Positions 10,731 to 19,847 of a stretch of DNA of 64,000 nucleotides are shown here, in pieces (the stretch's first letter is position 1; the number at the start of each line of letters is the position of its first letter). This DNA comes from an uncultured Fibrobacteria bacterium. GTDB taxonomy: Bacteria; Fibrobacterota; Fibrobacteria; UBA11236. A program made the translations under genes and the position numbers. The DNA lies in NCBI GenBank assembly GCA_963716395.1, contig OY970309.1:2208001-2272000 (forward strand), written 5' to 3'. Below the pieces are notes generated by a model, which searched no databases, was not told the DNA's origin, and saw only the letters and a program-made list of their open reading frames with translations.

Positions 10731-12778
10731 ATCCGGAAGCGCCCGATCCCAAACCCCACTTCGGCCCCGATTTTGATTTCGAGCGGGCGCTGAAAGCCGA
10801 GGGGAAATTTACGCTCCCGGTTTTAAATGTGGAAGCGGGTTTGTTCGCGCGCATTCACGCGGCGGAATTGTTGGGTCCCTTGGCCGATTTGAAACGGGAG
10901 CAAATTCCTGCGCCCGCTTTCTGGGAGCGCGTGGAAGCGGGGCTGGCCAAACGGATTGCGATCCATCAGGAGTATGAAGAACCGGTGGATCATTGCATTG
11001 CCGACCAGGCCGACGAAGAGGTGCGTTGGGGCCGGCTGGAACACCAGTTGGAAAAACACATTCATTCTCTCAGCCGTTTGGAGCCGTGGGAACTGGAGCT
11101 CAAAGCCGAAAAACTGCTCTTGCCGGGGCAATGGGAACATGTCGAAGCCAAGTTGCAAACGCGCGTCGCGTCGAGCACCGTAAAAACCGGCAAGCCCGCG
11201 ACCACCACGCTGCTGGGCTTGTTTTGGCTCCGCCGCCCGGCGGTGGCGGCCACGGTTTTGCTCGTGCTGCTGACGGGTTCGGCCTGGATGTTTTACCGTC
11301 ATCAGGCCCCGGCCCTGGATACCTTCGTGTACCAGGTGCAAGGCCATGCGGCCCTGTCCTATCTCAATCAGAACAAGTTGACCCCGTTGGCTTCGGGAAA
11401 AACCCTGCGATCCCAGTCGGATGAATCGATGATCGTGGTCAACCAACGGGGATATGTCGAATTAAAAAACGGCTCGCAGGTTGCGATTCGGCAGGCCAAC
11501 ACCCGAAAAATTCAATATCAGGTGGGCTTTACCCATTCCGGATCGAAGGCTCAGGGCAAGGTGGTGTTTTTCGTCACACACCAGAAGCATAAAGAAAAGT
11601 TCCTGGTATCCACTCCCGATTATCAAATCGAAGTGGTCGGCACTTATTTCCAGGTGAACTCCGATTTGGAAGGGCGGTATTCCACCTCGGTGATGGAAGG
11701 CAAGGTCCTGATCCATTCTCCCACCCAGGGAGTGTTTCCTTTGCAGGCGGGAGAAACCTTGGTGTATGACATCGCCACCAAACAATACCGCGTGTTACCG
11801 GGAGGGCCGGTGGTGGCCCGGCAAGACATCGAACGCGTTCCTCCGGTTTCGGATCTGAAGGATTACGAATTGCTGACGGTGGTCTCCAATGCGCCCGAAT
11901 CCGAAGTCCACATCGATGGAAAAGATTTGGGGCAGGCGCCGATCGTGATTTTGCAACCCCTGGGTCGCCATGTGGTCAGCATTCGGAAAGACGGCTACGA
12001 AGTTTTGGACACTTCCGTCGCTATCGTCGATGGCGGCAGCAATCGCCTGGTGGCGAATTTGATTTCGATCCCGTCGGCCCCTGCCCGCGGCCAAAAAGTT
12101 GCGGCTTTAACTCCCGCCCCTTCCGGCCATCCGGTTTTCCGTTTACCTGCGGCCACGGTACCGCGGACGCCGACCCAACCCACGGTAGCGGCTTCCCAGG
12201 AAGCGGCGGAATTGTATTTCCGACAGGCGGAACAGGTGGAAGGGAAAAGTTGGGAATTGGCCGTCCGGTTGTATCAAAAAGTCGCCGCAGATTCGGCGTC
12301 TTCTTCCATCCGCAAAGAAACCGCGCTGTTTTCCATCGCCCGGCTGCGGGCGGAGAATGAATCGGAAAAATCCCAGGCCATGGCGGCTTTCCAGACGTAC
12401 CTCTCGCGTTACCCGCGCGGGGATTTTGCCGGGGAATCCCTCTTGCGTCTGGCGGAACTGGAATTCGCCCGGAACCCGGGGAAATCCATCGTCTACTACC
12501 TGGATTATTTCAAACGCTATCCCCGCTCCGAGCGTATTTCGGAACTGGAGCACCGCGTGGGGTTGATTTACCTGCAGCAGAAGCAATACGACAAAGCCAT
12601 CGCCATGCTGCAGCAAAGCCTGGCCAATGTTCCTTACGGCACCGAAGCGGAAAAACGCCCCATCTACGCCAGTTTGCAACGGGCTTTTCTGGCCAAGGGG
12701 GATACGGGTAGCGCCGCCTTGGTGAAAAGCCAATACCGGCATGCGGATGAAAAGGGTGAAACGCAAGGCGGGGAGTAA
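10727..12778 (+). CDS. Anti-sigma-like membrane protein with FecR, PEGA and TPR domains
   Basis: ATGA overlap with sigma gene; single TM segment; FecR-like FLVSTPDYQIEVVGTYFQV...SVMEGKV; PEGA SEVHIDGKDLGQAP; C-terminal TPR (YLSRYPRG, YFKRYPRS). Confidence 0.8.
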   Translation: MNPEAPDPKPHFGPDFDFERALKAEGKFTLPVLNVEAGLFARIHAAELLGPLADLKREQIPAPAFWERVEAGLAKRIAIHQEYEEPVDHCIADQADEEVRWGRLEHQLEKHIHSLSRLEPWELELKAEKLLLPGQWEHVEAKLQTRVASSTVKTGKPATTTLLGLFWLRRPAVAATVLLVLLTGSAWMFYRHQAPALDTFVYQVQGHAALSYLNQNKLTPLASGKTLRSQSDESMIVVNQRGYVELKNGSQVAIRQANTRKIQYQVGFTHSGSKAQGKVVFFVTHQKHKEKFLVSTPDYQIEVVGTYFQVNSDLEGRYSTSVMEGKVLIHSPTQGVFPLQAGETLVYDIATKQYRVLPGGPVVARQDIERVPPVSDLKDYELLTVVSNAPESEVHIDGKDLGQAPIVILQPLGRHVVSIRKDGYEVLDTSVAIVDGGSNRLVANLISIPSAPARGQKVAALTPAPSGHPVFRLPAATVPRTPTQPTVAASQEAAELYFRQAEQVEGKSWELAVRLYQKVAADSASSSIRKETALFSIARLRAENESEKSQAMAAFQTYLSRYPRGDFAGESLLRLAELEFARNPGKSIVYYLDYFKRYPRSERISELEHRVGLIYLQQKQYDKAIAMLQQSLANVPYGTEAEKRPIYASLQRAFLAKGDTGSAALVKSQYRHADEKGETQGGE

Positions 12779-12801
12779 GGCAAAAGTAAGTTCCTGCATT
12801 T

Positions 12802-13989
12802 TCACACATTGCTCCCGCTCACCACCGCTGCAAAGCTCCGCTTCATCCGTATCCGGTCCATCGCTCCTTCCAGCGCCTGTTGTTTCTTGGCTTCCGCCGT
12901 AGCGAACAAGTCGATTTGACCCGTGTCGGTGACCGGGGCGGCCACCGACAGCTCGATGCTCCGGAGCGCCACGCGCCGTTGGTACAGGAGGCGGAACAGG
13001 TTTTCGGCCTCCCGCGCCAAGGCGGGAAAAGACGCGGTGGGCCGGTTCAGCGGCGCCGTCTTGCGCACGCGGCGCTGATCGGAATAGGTGAGAGTCATGG
13101 CGACGCGGCCGGCTTGGCCTTTCTGCCGGCGCAGGGCATAGCCCAATTTGTCCGCCGTCAGCCGCACCTGGTTGCGCAGCGCTTCTTCATCGTTGAGATC
13201 GCGGGGCAATATCGTCACAACAATCACGGAAGTCCGCCGGACTGCCGCGGTTTCGAAATCGAGGCCGTGCGCCAGGGTGTACAGCTTTTCGCCCTCGCTC
13301 CCGAAGCGCAAGGCCAATTCCTCCTTGTCCAGCCGGCGCACGGTGCCGATGGAGGCCATCCCGTATTTGCGCAGCCGCTCGCGGGCCTGCGGCGACAACC
13401 CCGGCAGCCATTCCGGCGGGAGCGGATCCAGCGTGGCGATTTCGCGGCCCTCCGCGCAGGCGTACACGCCGTCGGGCTGATGCCGGCGCGCCAGCACGCG
13501 CGCCACGGTGAGCGAGGCCGCGACGCCGACGGACACGGCTTCGAGGCCCAAATCCCACAGGCCCCGCTGCACGCGCTCCCCCAAGGTTTGCGGCGGCAGG
13601 GAGCGGCTGAGCGGCGTGCCCGTCATGTCGAGCGCGGCCCCGCCGCCGCTGCTGCGAAGGGAATACACGGGCGTGCAGCCCAGGAAAAATTTTTCCAGGT
13701 CCCGGCGCAGCCGGGTTTCGGCCGCGGGGTCGCGCGCCACGATCCGCAGTTGCGGCCAGCGCCGGCGGGCGAGGAAAACCGGGGTGCCGGATGTGATACC
13801 GGCATCGCGGGCATTACGTGACAGGGCGGTGACGGGTGTTTTGTGGCTTTCGGCATCCTGTTCCACCAGTCCGAAACACCGTCCCCGCAGGTCGGGCCGT
13901 ACGGCTGCCACCGCCTGCGCCGGAAAATGCGGGAGGTCCACGGCGACGAAACGCGGGGCGGGAAGGTTACGCGGCTTGGGCGGCGGCAT
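12802..13989 (-). CDS. imuB: ImuB-like catalytically inactive Y-family polymerase
   Basis: DinB-like fold (FVAVDLPHFPAQ, LPGLSP, little-finger region). The S-x-DE catalytic motif is replaced by SSGGGA. C-terminal beta-clamp motif QIDLF. Overlaps dnaE2 3' end. Confidence 0.8.
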   Translation of the reverse strand: MPPPKPRNLPAPRFVAVDLPHFPAQAVAAVRPDLRGRCFGLVEQDAESHKTPVTALSRNARDAGITSGTPVFLARRRWPQLRIVARDPAAETRLRRDLEKFFLGCTPVYSLRSSGGGAALDMTGTPLSRSLPPQTLGERVQRGLWDLGLEAVSVGVAASLTVARVLARRHQPDGVYACAEGREIATLDPLPPEWLPGLSPQARERLRKYGMASIGTVRRLDKEELALRFGSEGEKLYTLAHGLDFETAAVRRTSVIVVTILPRDLNDEEALRNQVRLTADKLGYALRRQKGQAGRVAMTLTYSDQRRVRKTAPLNRPTASFPALAREAENLFRLLYQRRVALRSIELSVAAPVTDTGQIDLFATAEAKKQQALEGAMDRIRMKRSFAAVVSGSNV

Positions 13990-16900
13990 AGACGGTGTCC
14001 AGGCCCGCGCGCAGGCGCGCGGACGCGCGTTCGAAATCGACGAGGTTGGGCGTGAACGGCACGGCCCGCACGCGTTCGGCCTCCAGCGTGAACGTATCCC
14101 ACTCTTCCGACACGCGGCCCCACACCTCGAAGGGCCCGGGCGCGGCGAGTTCGTCTTCGCAGCGATCGAGCATGTCGGGCCAGAACACCACGTCCACGTG
14201 GCCGCTTTGATCTTCGAGGGTGAGGAATTGCATGAGCCGTCCGCTTTTGGACACGCGGTGCTGGCGCGCGGTCACGTACAGGCCGAACACCTTCACGTTC
14301 CGTCCCGCATGGCGGGGAATCTCGGCCGCGGGCACGGCCTCTTGGTGCGCGGGATGCAGGCCGAGCACGTCGAGGGGATTGCCCGACAACATGTAGCCGA
14401 GCAACCGTTGCTCCGCCAGGCAGCGCTGCATGAGAGTGATGTCCCGGAGCCCCGGATGCAGATCGCGCGGCCGGTAACCGCCGCCGGGTCCGAACAGGGA
14501 TGGCGCCTGCGCCGACGCCGATGCGTAAATGCCGTCGAGGTGGAACAGCAATTCGGGCTGGGTGAGGCCGAAGGCGTCGAAGGCGCCGATGCGGATCAGG
14601 TTTTCGGTTGCGCTTTTTCCCGCGGGCACGCGCCGCAAAAAATCCTCTAGGCCGCGAAAGGGCCCGTGCGCGGCGCGTTCTTCCAGGAGATGGGTCAGGG
14701 TTCGTGGCGCCAGCCCGCGCACATGCACAAAGCCGGCGCGGATGTCCCGTTCGTGGCCGTGGTATTTATGGTGCGAGTGGTTGATGTCGACGGGCCGCAC
14801 ACGCAGCCCCAAACGCCGGGCCTCGTTGAGATACACTTCGCGCCGGTAATACCCGTGGTTGTTGGAGATTACGGCGGACAGGAATTCGGCCGGATGGTGC
14901 GCCTTGAGCCAGGCGCATTGAAACGACAATTGCGCGTAGCTGGCCGAATGCGATTTGCAAAACGAAAATCCGGTGAACGACGACACGCGCCGCCACAATT
15001 CGAGCGCCTGTTCCGCGTTCAATCCGTTCGTCCGGCACCCGTCCAGAAATTCGCGGCGCAACCCGTCCAAGGCGTCCGCCGACAAGCCGCCTTCGTGCTG
15101 GCTGTTCATCCGCTTGCGCACCGCGTCCGATTTTTTGTAGGACAATCCGGCGACTTCATGGCAGATGCGGATTACGTCTTCCTGGAAGGCGCAGACATCG
15201 TGGGTGTCTCCCAGAATGCTTTTCAGCTTCGGGTGCACGAATTCCCAATCCGTGATTCCCAGCTTCCACTGGCGGCGGCGTTCCACGAAGGTTTTCGCGT
15301 ACGCCGTGCCGGCCGGCCGCACCAGGGACGAGGTGATGACCACGTCGTCGAATTGATCGGCCTGCGCCTTCCGGTTCAAACGGATTTGCGCCGGGCTTTC
15401 GATATAGAACACGCCGCGTGTGCCGCCTTCGGCCACCAGGCGCCGCGTCGCGGGATCGTGCAGGCATTTCTCCAGCTTTCCGACTTCCGGATCGGGAAGG
15501 CCCGCTTCCTCGATTTGCGCCAGCGTGTCGCGCAGCACCGACAGCGAGCCGTTGCCGAGCAGATCGAATTTGATGAGCCCGAGCGCATCGATGCCGCTGT
15601 GCATATCCACCTGGGTGATGAGCCGGTTCTGGCTGCCGCCGGATCCTTCGCAGGCCACGTGCCGCCAAATGGGTCCGTTGGTGATGAGCAGGCCGCCGGG
15701 ATGCTGCCCCAGAAAGCGCGGCCGGCCTTCCACCTGGGCGGCCCAACCCCGCAGCCCGCGAATCTCCTCGTCGTCGCGGCGTTGGGTTTTGCGATCCCAC
15801 GCGTTCAGCACGGCGCGGACCTGCTCTTCGGAATAGCCGAAGACCTTGGCGGTTTCGCGGAACGCCGAAGGAAAGTGAAAGTGGTTGAAGGTGCAGGTGA
15901 TGGCCACGCGTTCGCGGCCGAACCGCTCCGCCATGTAGGCCAGCATCTCTTCGCGCTCGTCCCAGCCGAAGTCGAGATCGGCATCCGGCGGGCTGGCGCG
16001 ATCCTCGTTGAGAAAGCGCTGGAAGTACAGCTTGTGGCGGATGGGATCGAGGCGGCCGACGCCGAGGTTGTAAAAGGTGATGGAGTTGGCCGCCGAACCG
16101 CGCAGCAGCGAACAATCCTTGGGCGTGCGGAATTTTTTGGCGAAGCGGCGCCCGGCTTCTTCGTACACGTCTTTCACCATGAGGAAGTACGAGGCATAGC
16201 CCAGTTTTTCGATCACCGACAATTCCATGTCCTGAATTTGCTCGGCCCGTTCGAAGTGCGGCGTCCCGCCGTAATTGGCGCGCAAGCCGTGACCCGCCTG
16301 GTCGGCCAGCCACGTATCCGGCGTGTGACCCTGCGGCACCGGGATTTCGGGCTGAATCCATTTGCCGGTGGGCGGCCGGGCGTGGCATCGCTCCGCCAGC
16401 GCCTCGGCGTCCCGCACGAGTTGGGGATGGTCGTCATATAAGGCGTCCAGTTCGGCGGGCGCGCGCATCCACGCGCCTGCGGGTTCGGTTTCGCCGGGGC
16501 GCAGGCGCGAGAGGGTGGAATTCAGGTCGATGGCGCGCAGAATACGGTGGACGGTATGTTCCCGCCGGTCGAGAAACCAGACGTCGCCGGCCGCCACCAC
16601 GGGCAAGCCGGCGCGGGCGCAGAAAGCTTCGGTGGCGCGCGCGCGCAGGCGCGCTTCGGGGCTGTGGCGGATGGAGGCGCCGAACAGGCGTGCGCGGTTC
16701 GGGCCGCGGGACAACGCGTCCAGGATTTCCGTCGCCTCCGAAACGAGAAAAAGATGGGGCCACGGTTTTTCCAAGGCGCGGGCCAGGGAAAAGGCCGTAC
16801 CGTGCAGGTGACGTTGCGTGATGAGCTCGCAGAGGTCACCGTAGCCGGCCTCGTTGCGGGCCAGCAGCGTCAGGCGGTTTCCCGGATTTTGGGCTTCGCG

Positions 16901-17101
16901 GATCTCGGCGCCGAGAATGGGCTGGATGCTCTGGCGGAGGCATTCGGCGTAAAACACGACCAGGCCGCTCATGCGGTTCACGTCGGTGAGCGCCAGCGCT
17001 GCATAGCCCAATTGCCGGGCGCGGGTCACCAGAGCTTCGATGGAGGGCGTGCCCGCCAGCAGCGAGAATTGCGAATGCGCCTGCAGCAAAACTTTGGGCA
17101 T
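13967..17101 (-). CDS. dnaE2: Error-prone DNA polymerase III alpha subunit DnaE2
   Basis: PHP N-terminus (HSQFSLLAG, ALTD), RGSAANS, PPDADLD, GQHPGG, KFDLLG, FCKSHSASYA, OB-fold FLTLED; coupled to an imuB-like gene. Confidence 0.92.
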   Translation of the reverse strand: MPKVLLQAHSQFSLLAGTPSIEALVTRARQLGYAALALTDVNRMSGLVVFYAECLRQSIQPILGAEIREAQNPGNRLTLLARNEAGYGDLCELITQRHLHGTAFSLARALEKPWPHLFLVSEATEILDALSRGPNRARLFGASIRHSPEARLRARATEAFCARAGLPVVAAGDVWFLDRREHTVHRILRAIDLNSTLSRLRPGETEPAGAWMRAPAELDALYDDHPQLVRDAEALAERCHARPPTGKWIQPEIPVPQGHTPDTWLADQAGHGLRANYGGTPHFERAEQIQDMELSVIEKLGYASYFLMVKDVYEEAGRRFAKKFRTPKDCSLLRGSAANSITFYNLGVGRLDPIRHKLYFQRFLNEDRASPPDADLDFGWDEREEMLAYMAERFGRERVAITCTFNHFHFPSAFRETAKVFGYSEEQVRAVLNAWDRKTQRRDDEEIRGLRGWAAQVEGRPRFLGQHPGGLLITNGPIWRHVACEGSGGSQNRLITQVDMHSGIDALGLIKFDLLGNGSLSVLRDTLAQIEEAGLPDPEVGKLEKCLHDPATRRLVAEGGTRGVFYIESPAQIRLNRKAQADQFDDVVITSSLVRPAGTAYAKTFVERRRQWKLGITDWEFVHPKLKSILGDTHDVCAFQEDVIRICHEVAGLSYKKSDAVRKRMNSQHEGGLSADALDGLRREFLDGCRTNGLNAEQALELWRRVSSFTGFSFCKSHSASYAQLSFQCAWLKAHHPAEFLSAVISNNHGYYRREVYLNEARRLGLRVRPVDINHSHHKYHGHERDIRAGFVHVRGLAPRTLTHLLEERAAHGPFRGLEDFLRRVPAGKSATENLIRIGAFDAFGLTQPELLFHLDGIYASASAQAPSLFGPGGGYRPRDLHPGLRDITLMQRCLAEQRLLGYMLSGNPLDVLGLHPAHQEAVPAAEIPRHAGRNVKVFGLYVTARQHRVSKSGRLMQFLTLEDQSGHVDVVFWPDMLDRCEDELAAPGPFEVWGRVSEEWDTFTLEAERVRAVPFTPNLVDFERASARLRAGLDTVYAAAQAA

Positions 17102-17119
17102 GGCTCACAAGATAGATAG

Positions 17120-17133
17120 TGAACTTATGAGCA
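17120..17133 (-). promoter_or_regulatory. Putative LexA (SOS) box upstream of dnaE2
   Basis: Minus strand TGCTC-ATAA-GTTCA, one mismatch from the Fibrobacter succinogenes LexA consensus TGCNC-N4-GTGCA; abuts a TATACT -10-like hexamer, 19 bp before the ATG. Confidence 0.6.
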
Positions 17134-17252
17134 GTATATAGGCAAAAAAATGGCGTAATTTATCTGAAAATGGCCTCCGCACCACGGTGTCGGCTCAGCG
17201 AAATACACACCATGCGCGCCGCCAAGTGGAACGATTGCCGGATACTATGTAT

Positions 17253-17301
17253 TGTCTGATACTATGGACATAAAAAATTATTTAGTCTATAATATCGGAC
17301 A
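17253..17301 (+). promoter_or_regulatory. Sigma70 promoter with overlapping inverted-repeat operator; leaderless transcript for XRE-HipA operon
   Basis: TGGACA(17265-70)-17 bp-TATAAT(17288-93)-7 bp-ATG(17301), no SD. Inverted repeat TGTCTGATACTATGGAC / GTCTATAATATCGGACA (14/17) covers the -35 and -10. Confidence 0.8.
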
Positions 17302-17678
17302 TGGGGCGCACTTTCAGGCAGGCATTTCCCATCCTCAAGCGGCAGATGGCTGACCTGGGGGAACGACTGCGGACGGCAAGATTGCGTCGTAGAATGACGA
17401 CAATCGTATTCGCTCAGCGGATGGGCGTTTCTCGTGACACCTTGAACCGGCTGGAAAAGGGCGACGCGACCATTGCCCTAGGTACGTACGCGCGGGCCCT
17501 TCGGGTCTTGGGACTGGAGGGAGATCTCGACGCGGTGGCACGGGACGACGTGCTGGGTCGTAAGCTGCAGGACTTGCAATTGCCCGGACGAAAATCCCGC
17601 CGCGAACCCCGTCGCCGTGAACCAAATCCCACGCCGCCCACAGCAACGGGAATACCGTCGCCTCACCGTGCCCCTTGA
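17301..17678 (+). CDS. XRE-family HTH antitoxin (HipB-like)
   Basis: LGERLRTARLRRRMT...FAQRMGVSRDTLNRLEKGD...DDVLGRKLQD; directly upstream of a HipA-family gene. Confidence 0.88.
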   Translation: MGRTFRQAFPILKRQMADLGERLRTARLRRRMTTIVFAQRMGVSRDTLNRLEKGDATIALGTYARALRVLGLEGDLDAVARDDVLGRKLQDLQLPGRKSRREPRRREPNPTPPTATGIPSPHRAP

Positions 17679-17693
17679 AAGGAAGACCGGGCC

Positions 17694-18959
17694 ATGGCGA
17701 CACCCAGACCTCGCCGCCAGGCGTTCGAAGTTTTTCTCGACGCCAAAGAACTCGGCCCACTCCAGAAGGTGGGAAGCCTATTCCGCCATGAAACCCGGAC
17801 CGATTTGCCGGCCGCTTTTGAGTACGACGAGGATTGGTTGCACGGAGACCGCGTCTTTATGCTCGATCCCCGCCTCGAGCTTTGGACCGGCGCGCAATAC
17901 CCGCCGACTGGCACAACGGCTTTCGGGATTTTTATGGATTCCGCACCCGATCGCTGGGGGCGAGTCCTCATGGAACGCCGCGAATCCGTGCGCGCACGGC
18001 ATGAGGGCCGGAGGGCCCGGACCTTGCAGGAAGTTGACTTTCTGCTCGGAGTCAATGACCTGACAAGAATCGGCGCGCTGCGATTCCGCTCCATGGAAGA
18101 CGGGTCCTTCCTGGATGCTTCGGAAAACGCGGCCCCTCCCTTCACCACCTTGCGGGAACTCGCCGATGTCAGTCGGCGCATCGAGAGGGCTGATTCCGAG
18201 TCGCTGCCGGAATACGAACGCTGGCTTGCGAGGCTCATGGCTCCCGGCACTTCGTTGGGCGGGGCCCGACCCAAAGCGAATTTCACCGATGAAGACGGGC
18301 GCCTTTGGCTTGCCAAGTTTCCCGCACAGGAGGATCGCTATGATGTGGGAGCCTGGGAATTCCTGGTGCATGAACTGGCCCGGCGCGCCGGCATCCAGGT
18401 TCCGGATGCCCGGCTCGAGGAACTTTCCCCCCGCCACCGGACCTATTGCGCGGCCCGCTTCGATCGCACGGGTGACAGCCGCCGTATGTTCGCATCCGCC
18501 ATGACCTTGCTGGAACGCCGCGATGGAGACAAAGACTCCGGTTATCTAGACCTCGCGCAATTCGTGTCCGACCATGGTATCGCCAATCAGATTGAGGAAG
18601 AATTGGAGCAGCTTTTTCGGCGCGTCGTTTTCAATGTGATGGTGGGGAACCGGAATGACCACCTGCGGAACCACGCCTGCATTCGAGAGCCGGGCGGTTG
18701 GCGACTCTCTCCCGCCTACGACGTAAATCCCGTTCCCGGCAAGTCGGAACATGCCATCAGGCTGGACGAAAGCTCGGCCGCTCCCAATCTCGACGCCGTC
18801 CTGGCGACATCCGGGTATTACCGGATGGAACGTTCCAAAGCGAAAAAAATCCTTGCAGAGGTGAAAGGCGAGGTGGCGCGGTGGCGGAGAGAGGCCGATA
18901 ATCTCGGCTTGCCCCGCTCGGAAATCGAATGGGTGGGGACAGCCTTAATGGTTCACTAA
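17694..18959 (+). CDS. hipA: HipA-family Ser/Thr kinase toxin (catalytic Asp apparently Asn)
   Basis: DSAPDRWGR, GALRF, GTSLGGARPKA, LAKFP, RFDR, GNRNDHLRNH, LSPAYDVNP. Confidence 0.92.
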   Translation: MATPRPRRQAFEVFLDAKELGPLQKVGSLFRHETRTDLPAAFEYDEDWLHGDRVFMLDPRLELWTGAQYPPTGTTAFGIFMDSAPDRWGRVLMERRESVRARHEGRRARTLQEVDFLLGVNDLTRIGALRFRSMEDGSFLDASENAAPPFTTLRELADVSRRIERADSESLPEYERWLARLMAPGTSLGGARPKANFTDEDGRLWLAKFPAQEDRYDVGAWEFLVHELARRAGIQVPDARLEELSPRHRTYCAARFDRTGDSRRMFASAMTLLERRDGDKDSGYLDLAQFVSDHGIANQIEEELEQLFRRVVFNVMVGNRNDHLRNHACIREPGGWRLSPAYDVNPVPGKSEHAIRLDESSAAPNLDAVLATSGYYRMERSKAKKILAEVKGEVARWRREADNLGLPRSEIEWVGTALMVH

Positions 18960-19193
18960 CCCCCAATGGAAATGCCTGCGTTGAAGCCTGACTACCCCTC
19001 GTTCGAAACCGGGTGATCCGCAGAGTTCGAAATTGGCTGTAAACAAATCCAGGGAGTCACATTCAGACTAAAAATTGGCCCGCTTCAAGCTGAAGGTGGA
19101 GCCGGTGTCAAGGATGTATTTATTGGATGAAAAGCAGGATCCGGAGCTAAGCGAGCCGTCCGGAGAGCTTTAGGCCGGAAAAGCCGCTTGTTT

Positions 19194-19225
19194 TTGCCAC
19201 AAAAACAGGGTACTTTTTGTGGCAA
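19194..19225. promoter_or_regulatory. Perfect 12-8-12 palindrome, probable AbiEi autoregulatory operator
   Basis: TTGCCACAAAAA-CAGGGTAC-TTTTTGTGGCAA ending 2 bp before ATG 19228. Confidence 0.8.
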
Positions 19226-19227
19226 TA

Positions 19228-19847
19228 ATGGGCAAGCATAAGCAATCCGTCGATAGCCAGGTTTGGCAACGTATACAGGCGCGCAGGCCGGGGTGGACCT
19301 TCACGCCTGCGGACTTTTTTGACTTGGGCTCGCGAACGGCCGTGGCCACGGCGCTGACACGCCTCAAGCAGGCGAAAGAAAATCCGTCAACTGGCTCGCG
19401 GCCTTTACGACTTCCCCGAAATGCATCTCTAGGTTAGGAATGCTTTCGCCGTCTATCGACGAAATTGCCAAGACACTGTCCGGGCGGCATGCCATCCGCC
19501 TTCTGCCCTCCGGAGCCTATGCAGCAAATATGTTGCGCCTCTCCGAGCAAGTGCCGGCAAAGGTTGTGTTTCTCACCGATGGTCCGTCCCGAAAGGTTAA
19601 GATCGGAAAACAGGAAATCACTTTGAAGCAGGCTGCACCGCGGCGCTTGGCAGCCGCTGGCCGTACCAGCGGACTGGTGATCGAGGCATTGCGATATCTG
19701 GGCAAGGAACACGTCGAACCAAAGAGAATTGGACATCTTCGCACCTTGCTGTCCGCTGGGGACAAAGCGAAGCTGATGCTGGATTTGCCGCTAGCTCCGG
19801 CCTGGATGCATGCGCATATCCGGTTCATCGCGGGAGAAAAGCCGTGA
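19228..19847 (+). CDS. abiEi: AbiEi-type (DUF6088-like) antitoxin, type IV TA; two apparent frameshifts near 19375 and 19427
   Basis: Joined frames give FTPADFFDLGSRTAVATALTRL..KIRQLARGLYDFP..LGMLSPSIDEIAK..PSGAYAANMLRLSEQVPAKVVFLTDGPSR. Confidence 0.8.

Noticed and set aside
17100-17300. Exact duplicate of the tRNA-Pro 3' end as the island's left att site
   Set aside because: No such repeat was seen here or near 12.8 kb, so the left boundary remains approximate.
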